The notes under the pieces were generated by a model. The model was not told the origin of the DNA, did not search any database, and was given only the letters and a program-made list of their open reading frames with translations. A DNA stretch of 62,962 bases, counting the filler, from Aduncisulcus paluster (lineage: Eukaryota): NCBI GenBank assembly GCA_024181965.1. It is 12 parts of 12 records of this genome, joined end to end, with 100 filler letters (N's around TTAATTAATTAA, not from the genome) between each part and the next. Parts side by side here need not be neighbours in the genome. Positions count along the whole stretch, not along the records: positions 1 to 11,612 come from BQXS01010161.1; positions 11,713 to 17,155 come from BQXS01010162.1; 10 more parts are not named here. One strand, given 5' to 3'. Below, piece by piece: positions 1 through 13,674 of this stretch. A program made the position numbers and the translations under genes. Every line of letters starts with the position of its first letter. Position 1 is the first letter of the stretch.

Positions 1-675
1 GGTGACAATGGGACATGCGTGTTCAATCAATTGGATAGCACGGCTGTTTGTGAGTGTACTGATGCATTTGTTGGTTCCTCATGCCAAGTCCCATGTCCAT
101 TGGGGGACAATGCTGTTCCTTGCAGTGGGCATGGGAAGTGTGAGTTACTTGGATCTTCTGCCATATGTCTGTGTGATCAGCCCCATGCAGATTATTATGA
201 CAAGTACATTGGTGATGTGTGTCAATATCTCTGTCCAAGGTATGGGGACGATGCTGTGTGTGACGACCATGGATTGTGCACCATTGATGATAACTCGGAT
301 CAGGCCGTGTGTTCATGTGAATCGGGGTATGTTGGATCCTGGTGCCAGAGTCAGTGTCAATGTGACAATGATCATGGATATTGCTACGAATCAACACCTG
401 GAAGCTACTCGAGTCAGGCTCTATGCAACTGCTCTTTCTTTTTCTCTGCTAACAATCACTGCTCTTCATGGAATTATTTCCACGTTTCCCTCATCATTTT
501 GGTCGGTCTGATTGTGATTGCTGGCATAATCATATTTTCTATTCTGTGTGTTCGGAAAGTGAGGAAAAAGAATGAAACACACAGCAATGTCAACGAAAAT
601 GACAAGTTGCTTCAAAATGATCCGTCTGATCAGGATTCTTCATCGATTGAATCGATTGAGGAAAAATCGGAATGA
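1..675 (+). CDS. EGF/tenascin-like Cys-rich type I membrane protein, C-terminal part (5' partial)
   Basis: Repeated CSGHGxC/CxCxxGYxGxxC EGF-like motifs, TM helix VSLIILVGLIVIAGIIIFSILCV followed by RKVRKK and a short acidic tail; frame is open from base 1. Confidence 0.85.
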   Translation, partial: GDNGTCVFNQLDSTAVCECTDAFVGSSCQVPCPLGDNAVPCSGHGKCELLGSSAICLCDQPHADYYDKYIGDVCQYLCPRYGDDAVCDDHGLCTIDDNSDQAVCSCESGYVGSWCQSQCQCDNDHGYCYESTPGSYSSQALCNCSFFFSANNHCSSWNYFHVSLIILVGLIVIAGIIIFSILCVRKVRKKNETHSNVNENDKLLQNDPSDQDSSSIESIEEKSE

Positions 676-1068
676 TTTGTCGGAATCTATTTATATTTTA
701 TTTGTGTTTTGACCCAAAATTTGTAAGTTGTAAAATAATGAATTGATCGGATCAATGATGATCATTTGATCCAGTGACTATCTCGAATATAATCTATTCT
801 TGAAATTGTTTATAAAATCCTCTAAATGATTGAGAGTCTAAATCGGTGAGTATGATTAGTTGAATATCTCAGTGATTCTCAGATATTAAAATCTGAATTG
901 TTCCATTAATTGTAATGATGTTTTTTGAGTGCATGAAATAAATCAGCATATCAGAATCGACTGTCTGGACTCCAGATTCTGGTGGATTTGACAGTCTAGC
1001 CGTCTTCCATAAGGAAGTCAATAATATACTATATACTATTTTCAAAATAGTATTTTGGTCCTGTGAAA

Positions 1069-3699
1069 TTATTCTTTTTGTTCAAAAATATTTCGAAAAT
1101 GCAGAGAAAGAGTAGCTATTTGGATGAATGCTGACCATAATCTTTTCCAATCAGCGACCAAAGAGGGGAATTGATGCTTAAATAGCTCTCCCAGAGACAA
1201 AGCACAAGCCAAACACAATAATTCACATTGAATTGGACTTTTGATGTTCATTTGTTGAACAAGAACCGTTGAAATGAGATCTTCGATTAGGAACAATATA
1301 TTTTTATCCTTGAGTTGAATACCTATTTTTAGAATTCCATTGAGAAACATAGGTAGGTTTCCAATCACTTTTTTGTTAGAAAGAAGTGACAAGCAGCAAG
1401 AGTGGGTCCCCGGAAAAGATGCCATGAAATTTCTCCATATATCATCCAAAAACTTTGAAGGACATTTTTCTTGCCCGCTTTTTAGATCATCAGAAAACTC
1501 AGATAGGGTGTGATATTTTGGAGGTTTCAGGATGCTTCGAAGAATATATTTGACTTTATGAGAAAGAGCAGCTTCAAGAGATACAAATGCAGGAATACAA
1601 TGACAAAGAGAAGAATCAGGAGGAATTCGAATTATTTCTTTCTCTTTCTCTTCTTTTTGAGCTATTATTTCTTTCTTCTTCTTCTCTTTCACTTTTCCAA
1701 CTAATTTCATCGATTTTTCGAGACAAACACATGACTTAACAATTAATTCATCAATAATTCCTTCGAATGAACTGGACGATGCTGTGNNNNNNNNNNNNNN
1801 NNNNNNGCTTTTTAGATCATCAGAAAACTCAGATAGGGTGTGATATTTTGGAGGTTTCAGGATGCTTCGAAGAATATATTTGACTTTATGAGAAAGAGCA
1901 GCTTCAAGAGATACAAATGCAGGAATACAATGACAAAGAGAAGAATCAGGAGGAATTCGAATTATTTCTTTCTCTTTCTCTTCTTTTTGAGCTATTATTT
2001 CTTTCTTCTTCTTCTCTTTCACTTTTCCAACTAATTTCATCGATTTTTCGAGACAAACACATGACTTAACAATTAATTCATCAATAATTCCTTCGAATGA
2101 ACTCAAAAATCTATAAATAGAATCTATTACGAATATAATAGCAATTCCACATCTTGCAGCACTTAAACAGGATGGTGAGTAGAGTAAATAAGGCGGATAT
2201 TTGAGGATTCGGATGTTTTCTCCTCGTAATTCCTTGACAGGGATTCGTATCTTATTCAAAACAACGAAAGACAGTGCGGAATAACATGTTGCTAACTTCT
2301 TGGATAACATACAACACGAAGACAGATATTCTAGATCATCTGCGCCTTTAAATTCATCAACAGAATCTGGATGTCTCTCAAAATGATGTTTCTTATTTTT
2401 TCCGATATATCCTTGGTATTTTTTGTCTCTCCACAGTTTCTTGGTTTTATATGCAACTTTGCTCCTTCCTTTCCTCTTTATAATATTGGTCACAATGATA
2501 TTTATATTATTAATACACCGCTCTGCAAGGAGTTTTGAAGAAGGAAGAGAATGGATGCGAATAAGAGGAGGAATATACAAATCAGCATACTTAAAAAGAG
2601 CAAAAGATGGAATTGAAGACAAAGAAAAGACTGGAGAATGAGATGATTTCAGCATCAATGAGTTTTTGGCTTCAGAAAGAATATTTGTAATGAATGAGTC
2701 TTTTTTGGCTTTAGATTTGCGAACTATGGAGTGAGTTTGGTCATCAGATTCTTCACTCTCTTCAATGCCAATCGGTAATTGTGAAGAAAGATCAAGAGAG
2801 GAAAATGAAAGGTTAACTTTTGCGCGCATTTTCGGTTTCTTGGTACTAAAAATAGACACAGAAGGTTCTTTCTGACAGGAGACTAAACGGTGAGGAGAGG
2901 AAGGAATTGAAGAGTGTGATGAGGCGAGTGGCGAATCTCGACCAGACAACGGAGAAGATCGTTCTCGGGGAGATGCAGGAATTGAATGAGGCACAGAACG
3001 AAGCCCATGCGTATGAATATGGCTATATTGAGGTATTTTCGACGGAGGAGAGTGTAAGGGTCTGCAATATAGGCGATTAGTCAACGAAGGAGAGGAAAAT
3101 ACGGAAGATGAGATGTGAGGCAGTGAAGAAGAAAAGAAAGAATGAAAACTGCACATGGGACTTGAAATCTCATGAGAATCCATCTTGTAGAGTGGAATAT
3201 ATGGGAGATATTCACGCTTAGAAGAAGTAGATGAAGATTTTGTCGAAGAAAGATCAGCCTTTCCAAGATCCAGAACCTTTGAAATGAAGCCTTTTGCTGT
3301 TTTGGCTGAATTTCTCGAGAAACAACCAGAATCATAAAAACAATACCAAATTATTAGAGGATCAAGGGAATAGTATTTGGTAAGCAGACATTTTTTCTCT
3401 TGAAAGGAAATGAGAACCCTGGGATCGACAACAAATTGCAGAGGGTTATTTAGTGAAGGTAAGAGAGATTCATAAAATAAATATGATTGAACCACTATTT
3501 CTCTATATAAAATATTTAAATTTGAAGACATTTGACTCGAACTACAGCGAAAGGAGTGTGGAAGGATGGGAAGCTTTCCTTTGTGATGTTTTTGAGCTTT
3601 CGTTGCAAGAGATTCGGCTAAGGTATCAACATCAGTAAAATTAAGCCAGTAATCGAAGTATTTAAAATCAGCAGCTCTTGATAATGTTGTAAAATACAT
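1069..3699 (-). CDS. hypothetical Ser/Lys-rich protein (includes about 110 aa of artefactual duplication at the N-gap)
   Basis: Long ATG-started ORF flanked by AT-rich intergenic DNA; no recognisable domain. Confidence 0.7.
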   Translation of the reverse strand: MYFTTLSRAADFKYFDYWLNFTDVDTLAESLATKAQKHHKGKLPILPHSFRCSSSQMSSNLNILYREIVVQSYLFYESLLPSLNNPLQFVVDPRVLISFQEKKCLLTKYYSLDPLIIWYCFYDSGCFSRNSAKTAKGFISKVLDLGKADLSSTKSSSTSSKREYLPYIPLYKMDSHEISSPMCSFHSFFSSSLPHISSSVFSSPSLTNRLYCRPLHSPPSKIPQYSHIHTHGLRSVPHSIPASPRERSSPLSGRDSPLASSHSSIPSSPHRLVSCQKEPSVSIFSTKKPKMRAKVNLSFSSLDLSSQLPIGIEESEESDDQTHSIVRKSKAKKDSFITNILSEAKNSLMLKSSHSPVFSLSSIPSFALFKYADLYIPPLIRIHSLPSSKLLAERCINNINIIVTNIIKRKGRSKVAYKTKKLWRDKKYQGYIGKNKKHHFERHPDSVDEFKGADDLEYLSSCCMLSKKLATCYSALSFVVLNKIRIPVKELRGENIRILKYPPYLLYSPSCLSAARCGIAIIFVIDSIYRFLSSFEGIIDELIVKSCVCLEKSMKLVGKVKEKKKKEIIAQKEEKEKEIIRIPPDSSLCHCIPAFVSLEAALSHKVKYILRSILKPPKYHTLSEFSDDLKSXXXXXXXTASSSSFEGIIDELIVKSCVCLEKSMKLVGKVKEKKKKEIIAQKEEKEKEIIRIPPDSSLCHCIPAFVSLEAALSHKVKYILRSILKPPKYHTLSEFSDDLKSGQEKCPSKFLDDIWRNFMASFPGTHSCCLSLLSNKKVIGNLPMFLNGILKIGIQLKDKNILFLIEDLISTVLVQQMNIKSPIQCELLCLACALSLGELFKHQFPSLVADWKRLWSAFIQIATLSLHFRNIFEQKE
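1477..2103. repeat. gap-flanking duplication (1477-1773 vs 1807-2103) around a 20-N gap
   Basis: Direct repeat with offset 330 on either side of N 1787-1806. Confidence 0.9.
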
Positions 3700-4402
3700 A
3701 GAAAGGGTTCAAAACAATATTATTAAAATAATCTATAATATTTGATTAATAAAAAGAGCAATATAATAAAATCAGGCTTAATTATAAACAAAAATTTAGA
3801 TTTGCAGCCAAGAGAAGAGTTTGTAGGTACTTCGCCTATTTCTTCTTATAATTTTAAATAAACCTAATAATATGAATATATATATAAGTTAATCGAAAAT
3901 TATTCAATAAAATAAATTGTATTATGATCATGTGCTCTAGAGCCACCTATATTGCATTTATAAAAAATTTATTTTAATAACCCGATAAAAATCGTATTAT
4001 TATGACAATTTTTCCCGCCAACATCACCAATTTCAGAGGATTCATTCAAACAAAAGTTTCAAACTTTGATGAAGTTCATCTTACAAACTTTTTTGAATCA
4101 TGGAATGTTGAAAAAGTTATGACACATTGGCTAAAATGCCAAATATTAAGTCATTAAGTTGATCAATGTTCAAAAAATACCTAAGGAATCAATGATTTTA
4201 CGATAATTGGATCTGGAGTGAATATTATTATTATTATTATTGTATTGAATGAGAGTTGAGCGATAATAACTCATCAAAACATTCTTAAGCTTATTATTGA
4301 TTCCAACGAATAACAACGAAACATGAAACAAACAAAAAAAAAAAATCTCATAGAAAATCCAAAAAAATTCATAAAAAATAAATTTAATTGAAATAAACTC
4401 CA

Positions 4403-7400
4403 TTATTTCAATCTTAACGTTAGTTTTGGTCGATGTTTCCTCCTTTCTCTCTCTTTCTTTCTCTTTTCTTTCTCCTTTGCAGCCAAAACAGCCAGTTTAA
4501 TTTCCTTGCCGAGAGAGGGTGAATCCTTGGCAAACGAAACGATAATATCCTTCTTAGATCTTAACAAATCAAGCAATAACGTGTGGCATTGTGAAATATT
4601 TTGAGTGCACATAACCTCTTTCCCTTCCCCCTTTTCTTCTTCTACTAGGTAAAGACTGCGTTGCCGTTCACAAACAAAGCATAAACTTTTCACAACAGAG
4701 TTAAAGTCTTCTGTTTCACATGCTTCCAAGGCAGGTTTGATACAATTCACAACATGTTCATCACCCAATGGGCTCAAGAAGGGAATAGAGGAATGCAAGA
4801 AACATATCCACGCGCTGGCAAGGTGTTTAATATGCAAATGACGTTTCAATATCAATAACATATCGTGTAAATCGAGATGTTGATCGAGAGCCAAAGAAGA
4901 AAAGAATGAAGAGAACCCAGAATGAATAAGAGTATTCCAATGAGGCTGATTGTCAGAGACATTGAGAATACTGGTTATTTTAGAGGCAATTATGCAAGAT
5001 GACTTCACAGCAGTCAGTGAGGAACGAGTGATAAGTTTCTCAAAGGCTATAAATAGATGGTTTTCAGAACATAATTCAATGCATCTGTTGACACATCTAG
5101 TGAGAGGTTCCAACATCAATTCTGAATCGGAGAACCGTGATACAGAATCGATCAAAGTGTTCAAGCAAGCCATAGCCTCATTCTGGAGAGATCTAGGTTC
5201 AATAATTTCATGGATATGTTGATCATGGCTCATTTCTTGATGACCTTCAGCTGAATCGGGACACGAAATTTCACATTCATCATCAACAAAAGTTGGAGTG
5301 GCACTCTCGCGAAGATGGGTTTGACCGACTGAATGAGTTGATTTCGTCTCGATTTTATCCCGTTGACACAGTAAAACAATCAATCTCCGAATTCCCGTAA
5401 TTCCACAGCATTCACCATGGAGAACATCGATAACTATATCCCTATTCAAGCCCATTTCAAGCAGTAAAACACATAAACGAACCATTTGACGTTCACCATC
5501 ACATTCCATTCCGATGGATGTACACGTATTCAACATGGATTGTAACAAAGCCAAAGGAAGGATCGGTGGGTCAGAGATATCGGTAATTTCAGGTTTAATC
5601 TGCTTCGAAGTTGGATGAGAATCTAACATTTCACGCCGAAGCTCACTTGAAGGATCATCAACTCCTTGTTCAGAAGTGTGTGAGTCCAAAACCTTTTGCA
5701 TCGACTCACCCTTTCCGGCTTTCTTTTGTCTATCCCACCTTTCAAGCACACCGCACAGCCCACCTATTAGGAATGGGGCCGTAGCAACACAAACATCCCT
5801 CAGAGAAGCCCCTGCAAACTGTGTGAAAGAGGGGACAAGATGAGGCGGAAGTGGAGGGAGTAAGATATCACCGAGACGAGAATTCAATGCGAATGACATC
5901 AGATCAATCAGCATTAATATTGCGTTCATAACCTTTTTAATCATGACATTTCCTCGTTTGACCTCGTTGGAGAATAATTTAGGATCTTGGAGCAACCAAC
6001 TCACAAGCCACATGGCAGCAGGAAGTGTCCGGCACAAAACTGCCAAAGATTCCTCATGACTGAGTGTGCTATCTCTGAAGTATAGCATACGAGGCTCCAA
6101 CAATAGTGATTTTGTCCTTTCAAGCAATTCTGCACACACAGATTCAAGATCTGCAATTTGCCGGGATAATCCTTCAATTTGTCCCACACAATGTATGTGA
6201 TTCTCCTCATTGACAGACAATATGCTTTGGTACCTCTTGTCTTCCCTTTGCAAGGACTTCTTCTTCTTCATTTGGTGAACAACCCCTTCGAGCGCTCTGC
6301 AACACAACAAAACATTCACAGCACTCGACTCGAGGAACAAACCCATCAATCCTTCGACCTGATCATACGAAGCGTTGTGTTTGGTTGCCCTGAGGGTGAG
6401 TGCGGAGGCCAAGGGGGTGTCAATACAAGCAAAGAAAAGATCACGGAGACAGGTGATTCCAATACAAGATCCAATTACAACTCTTGCTTCATGTGTGTTG
6501 GCAGCAGTTGTCACAAGATTGAACACAATATCTGTAAAATGTTCATACAAAATAGACAACTCTTTGACACAGTCTTGATCAACATCAGCATGAGCGATTG
6601 AGCTGGAAAGGGCTTGAAGGGAAGAAACAAGGAAAGAAGCGTCACAAACAGCAGAAGAAAGAGTAAAAGCCCGTTTCCTTCCTCCTTTGCCTTCTTCCCC
6701 CGCTGAAATGCCAGAGGCAGTGGTTTTTATCGCAGTAGATTGATCTTCAACGGTCTGATTATCACCAGAATCACTTTTAACTGGACGATGAGTGAGCAAG
6801 GCAAGGTTTGGGATGGCAAGAAGAGAAATAATAGATAGAGAAGAAGCAAGAGAGGACAAAGTGGAAGAGAATGGAGTCAAAGATGAAACATTGGCAATAT
6901 CAGCACAAACTCCTTCGCCGCCACCAACCGAAAAGCACCGGCTACGTTTACGCCATCTTCCTCCACTGGGATTGACCTTCCCAGTCCCACCCATTTTGGT
7001 CACAATCTTCTTTGTCTTCTTCCCCAGCAGAAGACAGAAGAAAGAGTAAAAGCCCGTTTCCTTCCTCCTTTGCCTTCTTCCCCCGCTGAAATGCCAGAGG
7101 CAGTGGTTTTTATCGCAGTAGATTGATCTTCAACGGTCTGATTATCACCAGAATCACTTTTAACTGGACGATGAGTGAGCAAGGCAAGGTTTGGGATGGC
7201 AAGAAGAGAAATAATAGATAGAGAAGAAGCAAGAGAGGACAAAGTGGAAGAGAATGGAGTCAAAGATGAAACATTGGCAATATCAGCACAAACTCCTTCG
7301 CCGCCACCAACCGAAAAGCACCGGCTACGTTTACGCCATCTTCCTCCACTGGGATTGACCTTCCCAGTCCCACCCATTTTGGTCACAATCTTCTTTGTCT

Positions 7401-10400
7401 TCTTCCCCTTTCCAGTGTTCCCAGCTCGCCTATCTTCCCCCGCTGAAATGCCAGAGGCAGTGGTTTTTATCGCAGTAGATTGATCTTCAACGGTCTGATT
7501 ATCACCAGAATCACTTTTAACTGGACGATGAGTGAGCAAGGCAAGGTTTGGGATGGCAAGAAGAGAAATAATAGATAGAGAAGAAGCAAGAGAGGACAAA
7601 GTGGAAGAGAATGGAGTCAAAGATGAAACATTGGCAATATCAGCACAAACTCCTTCGCCGCCACCAACCGAAAAGCACCGGCTACGTTTACGCCATCTTC
7701 CTCCACTGGGATTGACCTTCCCAGTCCCACCCATTTTGGTCACAATCTTCTTTGTCTTCTTCCCCTTTCCAGTGTTCCCAGCTCGCCTATCTTGAGGCTG
7801 ACTCTCCTCCTCTTCACACACAAGATACAGAGGGACCAATCCACCAACTTCACTCACACCGCTCATCTCTGCAATTGCATCACACACGCTCAATCCACAC
7901 TCTCCTACAACTTGATACAACATAAACACTGTGGATCTTGAACGATCACAATCAGAAGCACTGCTTTTCGGCCATGCAATGATTCTTTGGACCATTCGCA
8001 AGGAGCTTGAGCGACACAATGAAGAGGCAATTATAGGACATGTATCAACAGCTGTGGGAAGAACCAATTCAGAGAGAATCAACGTTAACCTCTCTTCAAG
8101 AGCTCCTGTCAAATCCAAATTATGAAGAACTCGAGATAGACAATTTAAGGAGGAAAGATAGAAGAATGGAGAGGAAGGGAAGGAGCGAATAGACGAATCT
8201 AAAAATAGATTCATATTCTCAACCGAAGATTTGAGGAATAAAGCCGGTCTCTCGAGCAATATCTTTCTTGTCACTTCCGTTGTATCAGAGAGACATGTTG
8301 TAAGGTTGTGCAATAATCGAGTGATGATGATTTGGTCAAGGTTTATACAAGAGAGGTCATCTCTAGCAAGAACTTCCAAGGCAGATGATACAGCAGTCTT
8401 GACTAATGTTCCATCAAAAGATGATACGGAAGCTGATGAATTCACAAGAGATAATTCTTCAGGACCCTTTCTTGGAACTCCCCTTTTCTTGGCAGTTATC
8501 TTACTCTTTTCCACCCTTTCCCTCCCACAAACACGGTAAAGTGAGTTCATGATCTGCATCAACGTTCCAACACTCTCGCTCTCCTCACAGGAAGGGAGCA
8601 TACTCACCATGATGTCCCCACAACGTTCACAGACACACGGATGGAGTGGAAACCCAAGGGAAGCCATGGATGTTATCAGGAGAGAATGCAACGATGAGAC
8701 GCAGACCATAGCCACGGAAATAGAGAGAGGAGAAAGGATGGAATGGGAGTGGGTGAAAGATCCAAAGGAGAAAGATGAACACGAGTGCGAGAATGTGAGC
8801 AAATGAGACAGAAAGAGAGACAATGAAGAGGGAGAGAAGGGACAGATATTCAACACTGAAGAATCTGAAGCATGAGAACCCTTCTTGCTTTCCTTGAGCA
8901 ATGTCTCAGCCTGTTCTTCTTGCGTTTGTGTGTAAGTATGGTTTAATATCTCACGAACAACAATTTTCACTCTTTGATGAGTCGAAATGCCACAAGATTC
9001 ATCCTCTTTCAGTAATAACATAAGTCGACAAACAGACATGCAACACAAGTCACTCTCTTGACTAAACAAACCATTGCAATTATCCTTCAGAGCAGCAACA
9101 AGCAACTCAGCATCCCTCATTTCATTTCGACCCCCATACCCTAGCAGTGGTAACAGGCCAGGATAGAGGCTTTGGCGTTCCTTGCTCACTTTCAGAAACT
9201 CTGCCACCATCTCACACCGAGGATCATGACTACTGTCGGCTTCATACAGATACACAGCCGTTTGGAGCAAGGAGGATATGGTTTTTGCAGTGTAATCAAG
9301 CAAGAGGAAATGGGAAGACGAGAGGAAAGGGAACAAAGACAAAATGAGAGAATCTGAAGAGAATGGTTGAGATTTGGGAGAATCACTCGACTTTGAAGAT
9401 AGCGATGAATTGTGTGAGATCTGTTCCATAATGTTACGATGGCGGCTAAGAATTGCAGCTAAAATGACCAAACAGTTAGAAAATAGATTATCGCCAAATA
9501 ACGGTAAAGAGCCACCACATTGCAGCAACATCAAGAGGAAAAGATCCAATTGGCACAATGTTTGCACAGACATAGAGAGATTCAGGGGATATGTTGCCTC
9601 TTTACCAGAAGTAGAAGTTTCGGTATCTATATTAAATCTCGGGCCAGGAATGGAATGCGGTGGTGTTCCACACTCCTCACTGCTTGCTCTGGATGATCTT
9701 GTCGATTGCGGCGAAGAGTGAGTTGTGATCCCACCAAGAACAAGGGATACAATCTCTTGAGGAACTTCCACCACGAATACTCGTGCACACACACAGACAC
9801 AAACACACATCACACGTTGAATCCAAGAAACTAAGCTTTGTCTTTCAGTAGAAAGCTGTTTCAAGGAGTGGAGGGAAGAACTAGAGCTTGAAGAACAAGA
9901 GCTTGAAATGGATTGAGTTCTCGTCGTTCTGCTCGATGGGAATTTGCTGGAATGGGCTGACAAAGATGACTGCATGCAACTTCTGCTCCTTTTCCTTCCG
10001 TGTCTGCATCCTTCACTTCCCAAACTTGATCGTTCACTCAAGATATCTGCTTGATCGAACCGAGAGAATGCTCGGGTGTGTGTTCGAATGTGTGTCGAGC
10101 TGTATCTAAAAGCACTCTTCATGTTAATTTCACGCTGAGTTTCTCCTCCGACACCACAACAACGTAACAGCTCCTTTAGGCCAAGCCCACAAACGAATGC
10201 AATAGCTGCACTACCTCGGATGCTTCCTCCTTGTCGCCAACATCTCTCGAGCAATGGAAACGATGACAAACTTCCATGTTGACGGCTGAAAGACAGAACT
10301 GTCGATCCACACGTCAATGAAGGAGGATGAGTGAGGTACTGAGTGCTTGTGTAGACGTCTGGGATGTGGGTGAGTGTTTTCTCACGTGAATCTGGAAGGA

Positions 10401-11612
10401 ATAGAATATTGGGACCAGAGTCGATAACATTATGAAACCCGAATGTATTGGAAGCGAATGGAAGGAATTCGAGAGGGATTGGAGTGGATAAGAAAGGATT
10501 TTGAGGTTTGGCTGATATGTGAGATGTCGAATGATGTGCAGCACCATCCTTTGATTGTGATCCATCCATGCCTTCCGTTTCACCCCGTTGTTTTAACAAA
10601 GGGACAAGCATTCCAAGTCGACTACTTCCATCGGCAGGCATCAGGATGTATCGACCCATCTCCTCACTCACGACACCACTCACAGCGATGCATAGCAACT
10701 CAGTGAGAGATATGGTGGATGAAAGAGAGGCGGCCAAGGGATTTGATACAAAAATCAAGGGCGCTGAGGTCAAACTGATGAGCAATGAAGGGAGAGAAGA
10801 GAGGGCGGAGGAGGACAAGTCACCGGCAGTGCATTGGAAGAGGGCAGATACGAGGAGAGAGATGGAGAGATTGAGTGATAAAGAGTGAGAAATGGAATAT
10901 AATTGGTGAAGGGGGGGAATTGTCATGACATGTGCACGTTTGGGGGATGTTATACCTTTGTAGCGTGGTGATCTCATGGGAGAAGGCGTAGCACGACCTC
11001 GAGATGGTGAGACAGCAGCACTGCTTTCGACACACATTTCAAGACATCGTTCCACACAACGTTCATAAATATTCACGATATGACCCCTTTTGTTTTGACA
11101 ATTCTCAGCAACAATTGACACACATTGACAGAGGTCTGATAAGATCGAATATCCACCAGATGCAACTCCAAAAATAGATTGACTAAATTCATCCAAAGAA
11201 ATTGGAACCGAGGATGAGAGAGAGGAAATGGAAAACTTTCGCGATTCCTTAGCCTTTAATCTAGATATACGCAAGTCTCTTATTTCTTTTGCTTTAGGAG
11301 ATTCCATTCCAAAGAACTCTTTTTTCCAGAGTTCTTGGGAATCAATTATTTGAGTGGCATCATCTGACACTTCGTTTTCACACACACCACAAACACACAC
11401 GGACCAAACCCCCTCCGACACTCGTTCAATCCCCTCGCAGACTCTCTCGCATACGACATCTGAGAGAATAGCCTGAGAAGAGATGAGGGTTAAAGAGAGA
11501 CGAGAGAAAGCAGATAGGAGAGTGGCGGAGAAAAGCATCGGAAAAAGAGTGAATGTCGGCGGAAGGAAAGACATGAATGAGTGTGAAGAATCTGAAGATT
11601 TTGATTCGAGGC
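4403..11612 (-). CDS. very large hypothetical protein (about 2150 aa once the internal triplication is collapsed); possibly 5' partial
   Basis: ORFs 7000-11574 and 4403-7003 share the triplicated segment; removing 740 nt puts them in one frame; frame is open up to the spacer. Confidence 0.7.
6652..7793. repeat. three tandem copies of an approximately 360-380 nt coding segment
   Basis: Copies at offsets 383 and 357; TCTTCCCC microhomology at the junctions. Confidence 0.9.
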
Positions 11613-11712
11613 NNNNNNNNNNNNNNNNNNNNNNNNNNNNNNNNNNNNNNNNNNNNTTAATTAATTAANNNNNNNNNNNNNNNNNNNNNNNNNNNNNNNN
11701 NNNNNNNNNNNN
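11613..11712. other. artificial contig spacer N44-TTAATTAATTAA-N44 (also at 17156, 20797, 24086, 34591, 41626, 44923, 48159, 51895, 55827, 59392)
   Basis: Identical 100-nt cassette with stops in all six frames, 11 copies, repeatedly truncating ORFs. Confidence 0.98.
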
Positions 11713-12349
11713 TATCATCTCACTTCACTTCACCACATTTTTTCCTTGTTGTTTCACTTTCAAGTGATGAATTGATATGTAGATGTGTTGATATATAATC
11801 GAATGTGAATTGTATGGAATAAATTTCAGCGATAATCGGTTTGTAATCGGTTTTAGAGAACCAATACCGTTGAAGAATATAGAATATAAATTAAAAGGAT
11901 ATATATCATCGAATATATTATTAGAAAATATTGTGACAAGCATAATCGTGGAATAGAGAGCATCTAAAAGTGGGTTACGATCTCATCATAACAAAGGTGC
12001 ATTCCAGCAAGATAAAGATTATTTTCATCGCAGTTCTTTGTTTCATGGCATGCCTAATGAATGTTTCATGGAACATGACAGGATCTTGTCGCTAATATTT
12101 GCCTCAAATTGGACTTTGGAAGATGGCTTTGACCAATGAAGTGAAGCTGGTGCATGGAATCGTTAATCGGGATCATAATAATTTATACAATAATCATTTT
12201 CGATTTTTCAGTTGATAAAATCATGTTCTAACTTGGAGATAGCGAAAATGGCTGTCTATATCGGAATTTGAGAATATGTATGAAGAATGAATTTATATTC
12301 TCTAATAAATTATTACTCGATGATGGAATAATTTGAAATTTGCGAGTAA

Positions 12350-13674
12350 ATGGAAAGTAACACGACGAATTTGGAGGATCCAGAGTTTTGACACGTATCA
12401 TGGGACATCATCGCAAAAAAGATGATAAAACTCTCATTTCTGAATCTGATTTGGAATCCCTCTGCTACATTGGAGAAGGTGGATTCGGGTCCGTCTACAT
12501 TGTAAAAATTAGGGGTGTTTCTCAACCGTGTGTTCTGAAGAAATTGCTTAAAGTAGGTGACAAGAAAGTTATCAAAGCATGCCGTTTGGAGTTTAAGATC
12601 CAAGTGAGGCTCTTTATGAACCCCAGATGTTTCAACCGTATTCCTCGTCCAACATTCATCCTTGATCTTCTTGATGAGAACTACAAAGGGGTGTTCGGGT
12701 TTTGCATGGAGTTTTGTATCGGGGGCAGTGTGAAAGAGTTTGCCAAGAGTTGGTGTGTCTCTTCAAGTTCCTCAGAAAGTATTCCAGAAGAAGAGAGTTC
12801 TGAAGACTCAAGCTCTGACTCTGACTCTGACTCTGACTCTGACTCTGACTCAAGCTCCACTCGCATTAACCCCATGACTCTTGATCCTCTGAGAGTGAGT
12901 GCATTGTGTGTTGGAATGATTGAGTGTCTGTCTGAGGTGTTCACTGCCAAGCCTGACCTTTTTCACCGAGATATTAAGCCCGACAACTTTCTTGTTCGTG
13001 TTGAACCCAAGACAATCGATTGCACCATTGTCCTCTCTGATCTTGGTCTTGCTCAGATCCAAGACTCCATCTCCTCTTCCACGACTTGCAAGAGCTTTGG
13101 AGGTTTATCCTTCTCCAAGGAGTCTAAGGCTTCAGAATCTACTCCTAAAGCCCCCAAACGCTCCATTTGTGGTACACTTGTGTACAACTCATGCGAAGCT
13201 CTTGAAGGTATTCAAAGCCAAGAGAGTGATGCTTACTCACTCGGTCTGACTATCCTCACCATGTTCGAGGGATGTAATCCTTTCCTTCAAATGAAGGTGT
13301 TGCGAGGAATTGAGTCGGAGATTCTATTTGCCAAGAAACTCAAAGAGTTGATCAAAAATGACATGGGTCCAAAACTCTCCAACTCTCGTCTTTTCAGAAC
13401 CTTAAAAACCATCGAAGGTGGTAAGTTCAGGCCTGTTTATTCCTGTTTGAATGAAATATTCCAAGGATTGACAAAGCTGGATATCGATGAACGTATGAGT
13501 GTTCAGAAAGCCTGTGAGAAAGTTCAGTCCATCAAACGTTTACTTCCAAAGATTGGAGAAGGGTGGAAATGTCCATCCATTGATGATATTGTGAAGGCTC
13601 AGCTTGCCAAGCATAAAGGTGATACTGGAAGCATTGTTGATGAAGATTCGATTCCAATCTGGGTGTATTGTTGA
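12350..13674 (+). CDS. Ser/Thr protein kinase, lineage-specific family (kinase 1); likely start ATG 12350 needs one extra T near 12388
   Basis: GEGGFG, CVLKK, HRDIKPDN, DLG, GTLVYNSCE and DAYSLG motifs in ORF 12388-13674. Confidence 0.9.
12814..12849 (+). repeat. (TCTGAC)6 coding microsatellite encoding a Ser-Asp repeat
   Basis: Read directly; lies in the acidic kinase insert. Confidence 0.95.
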
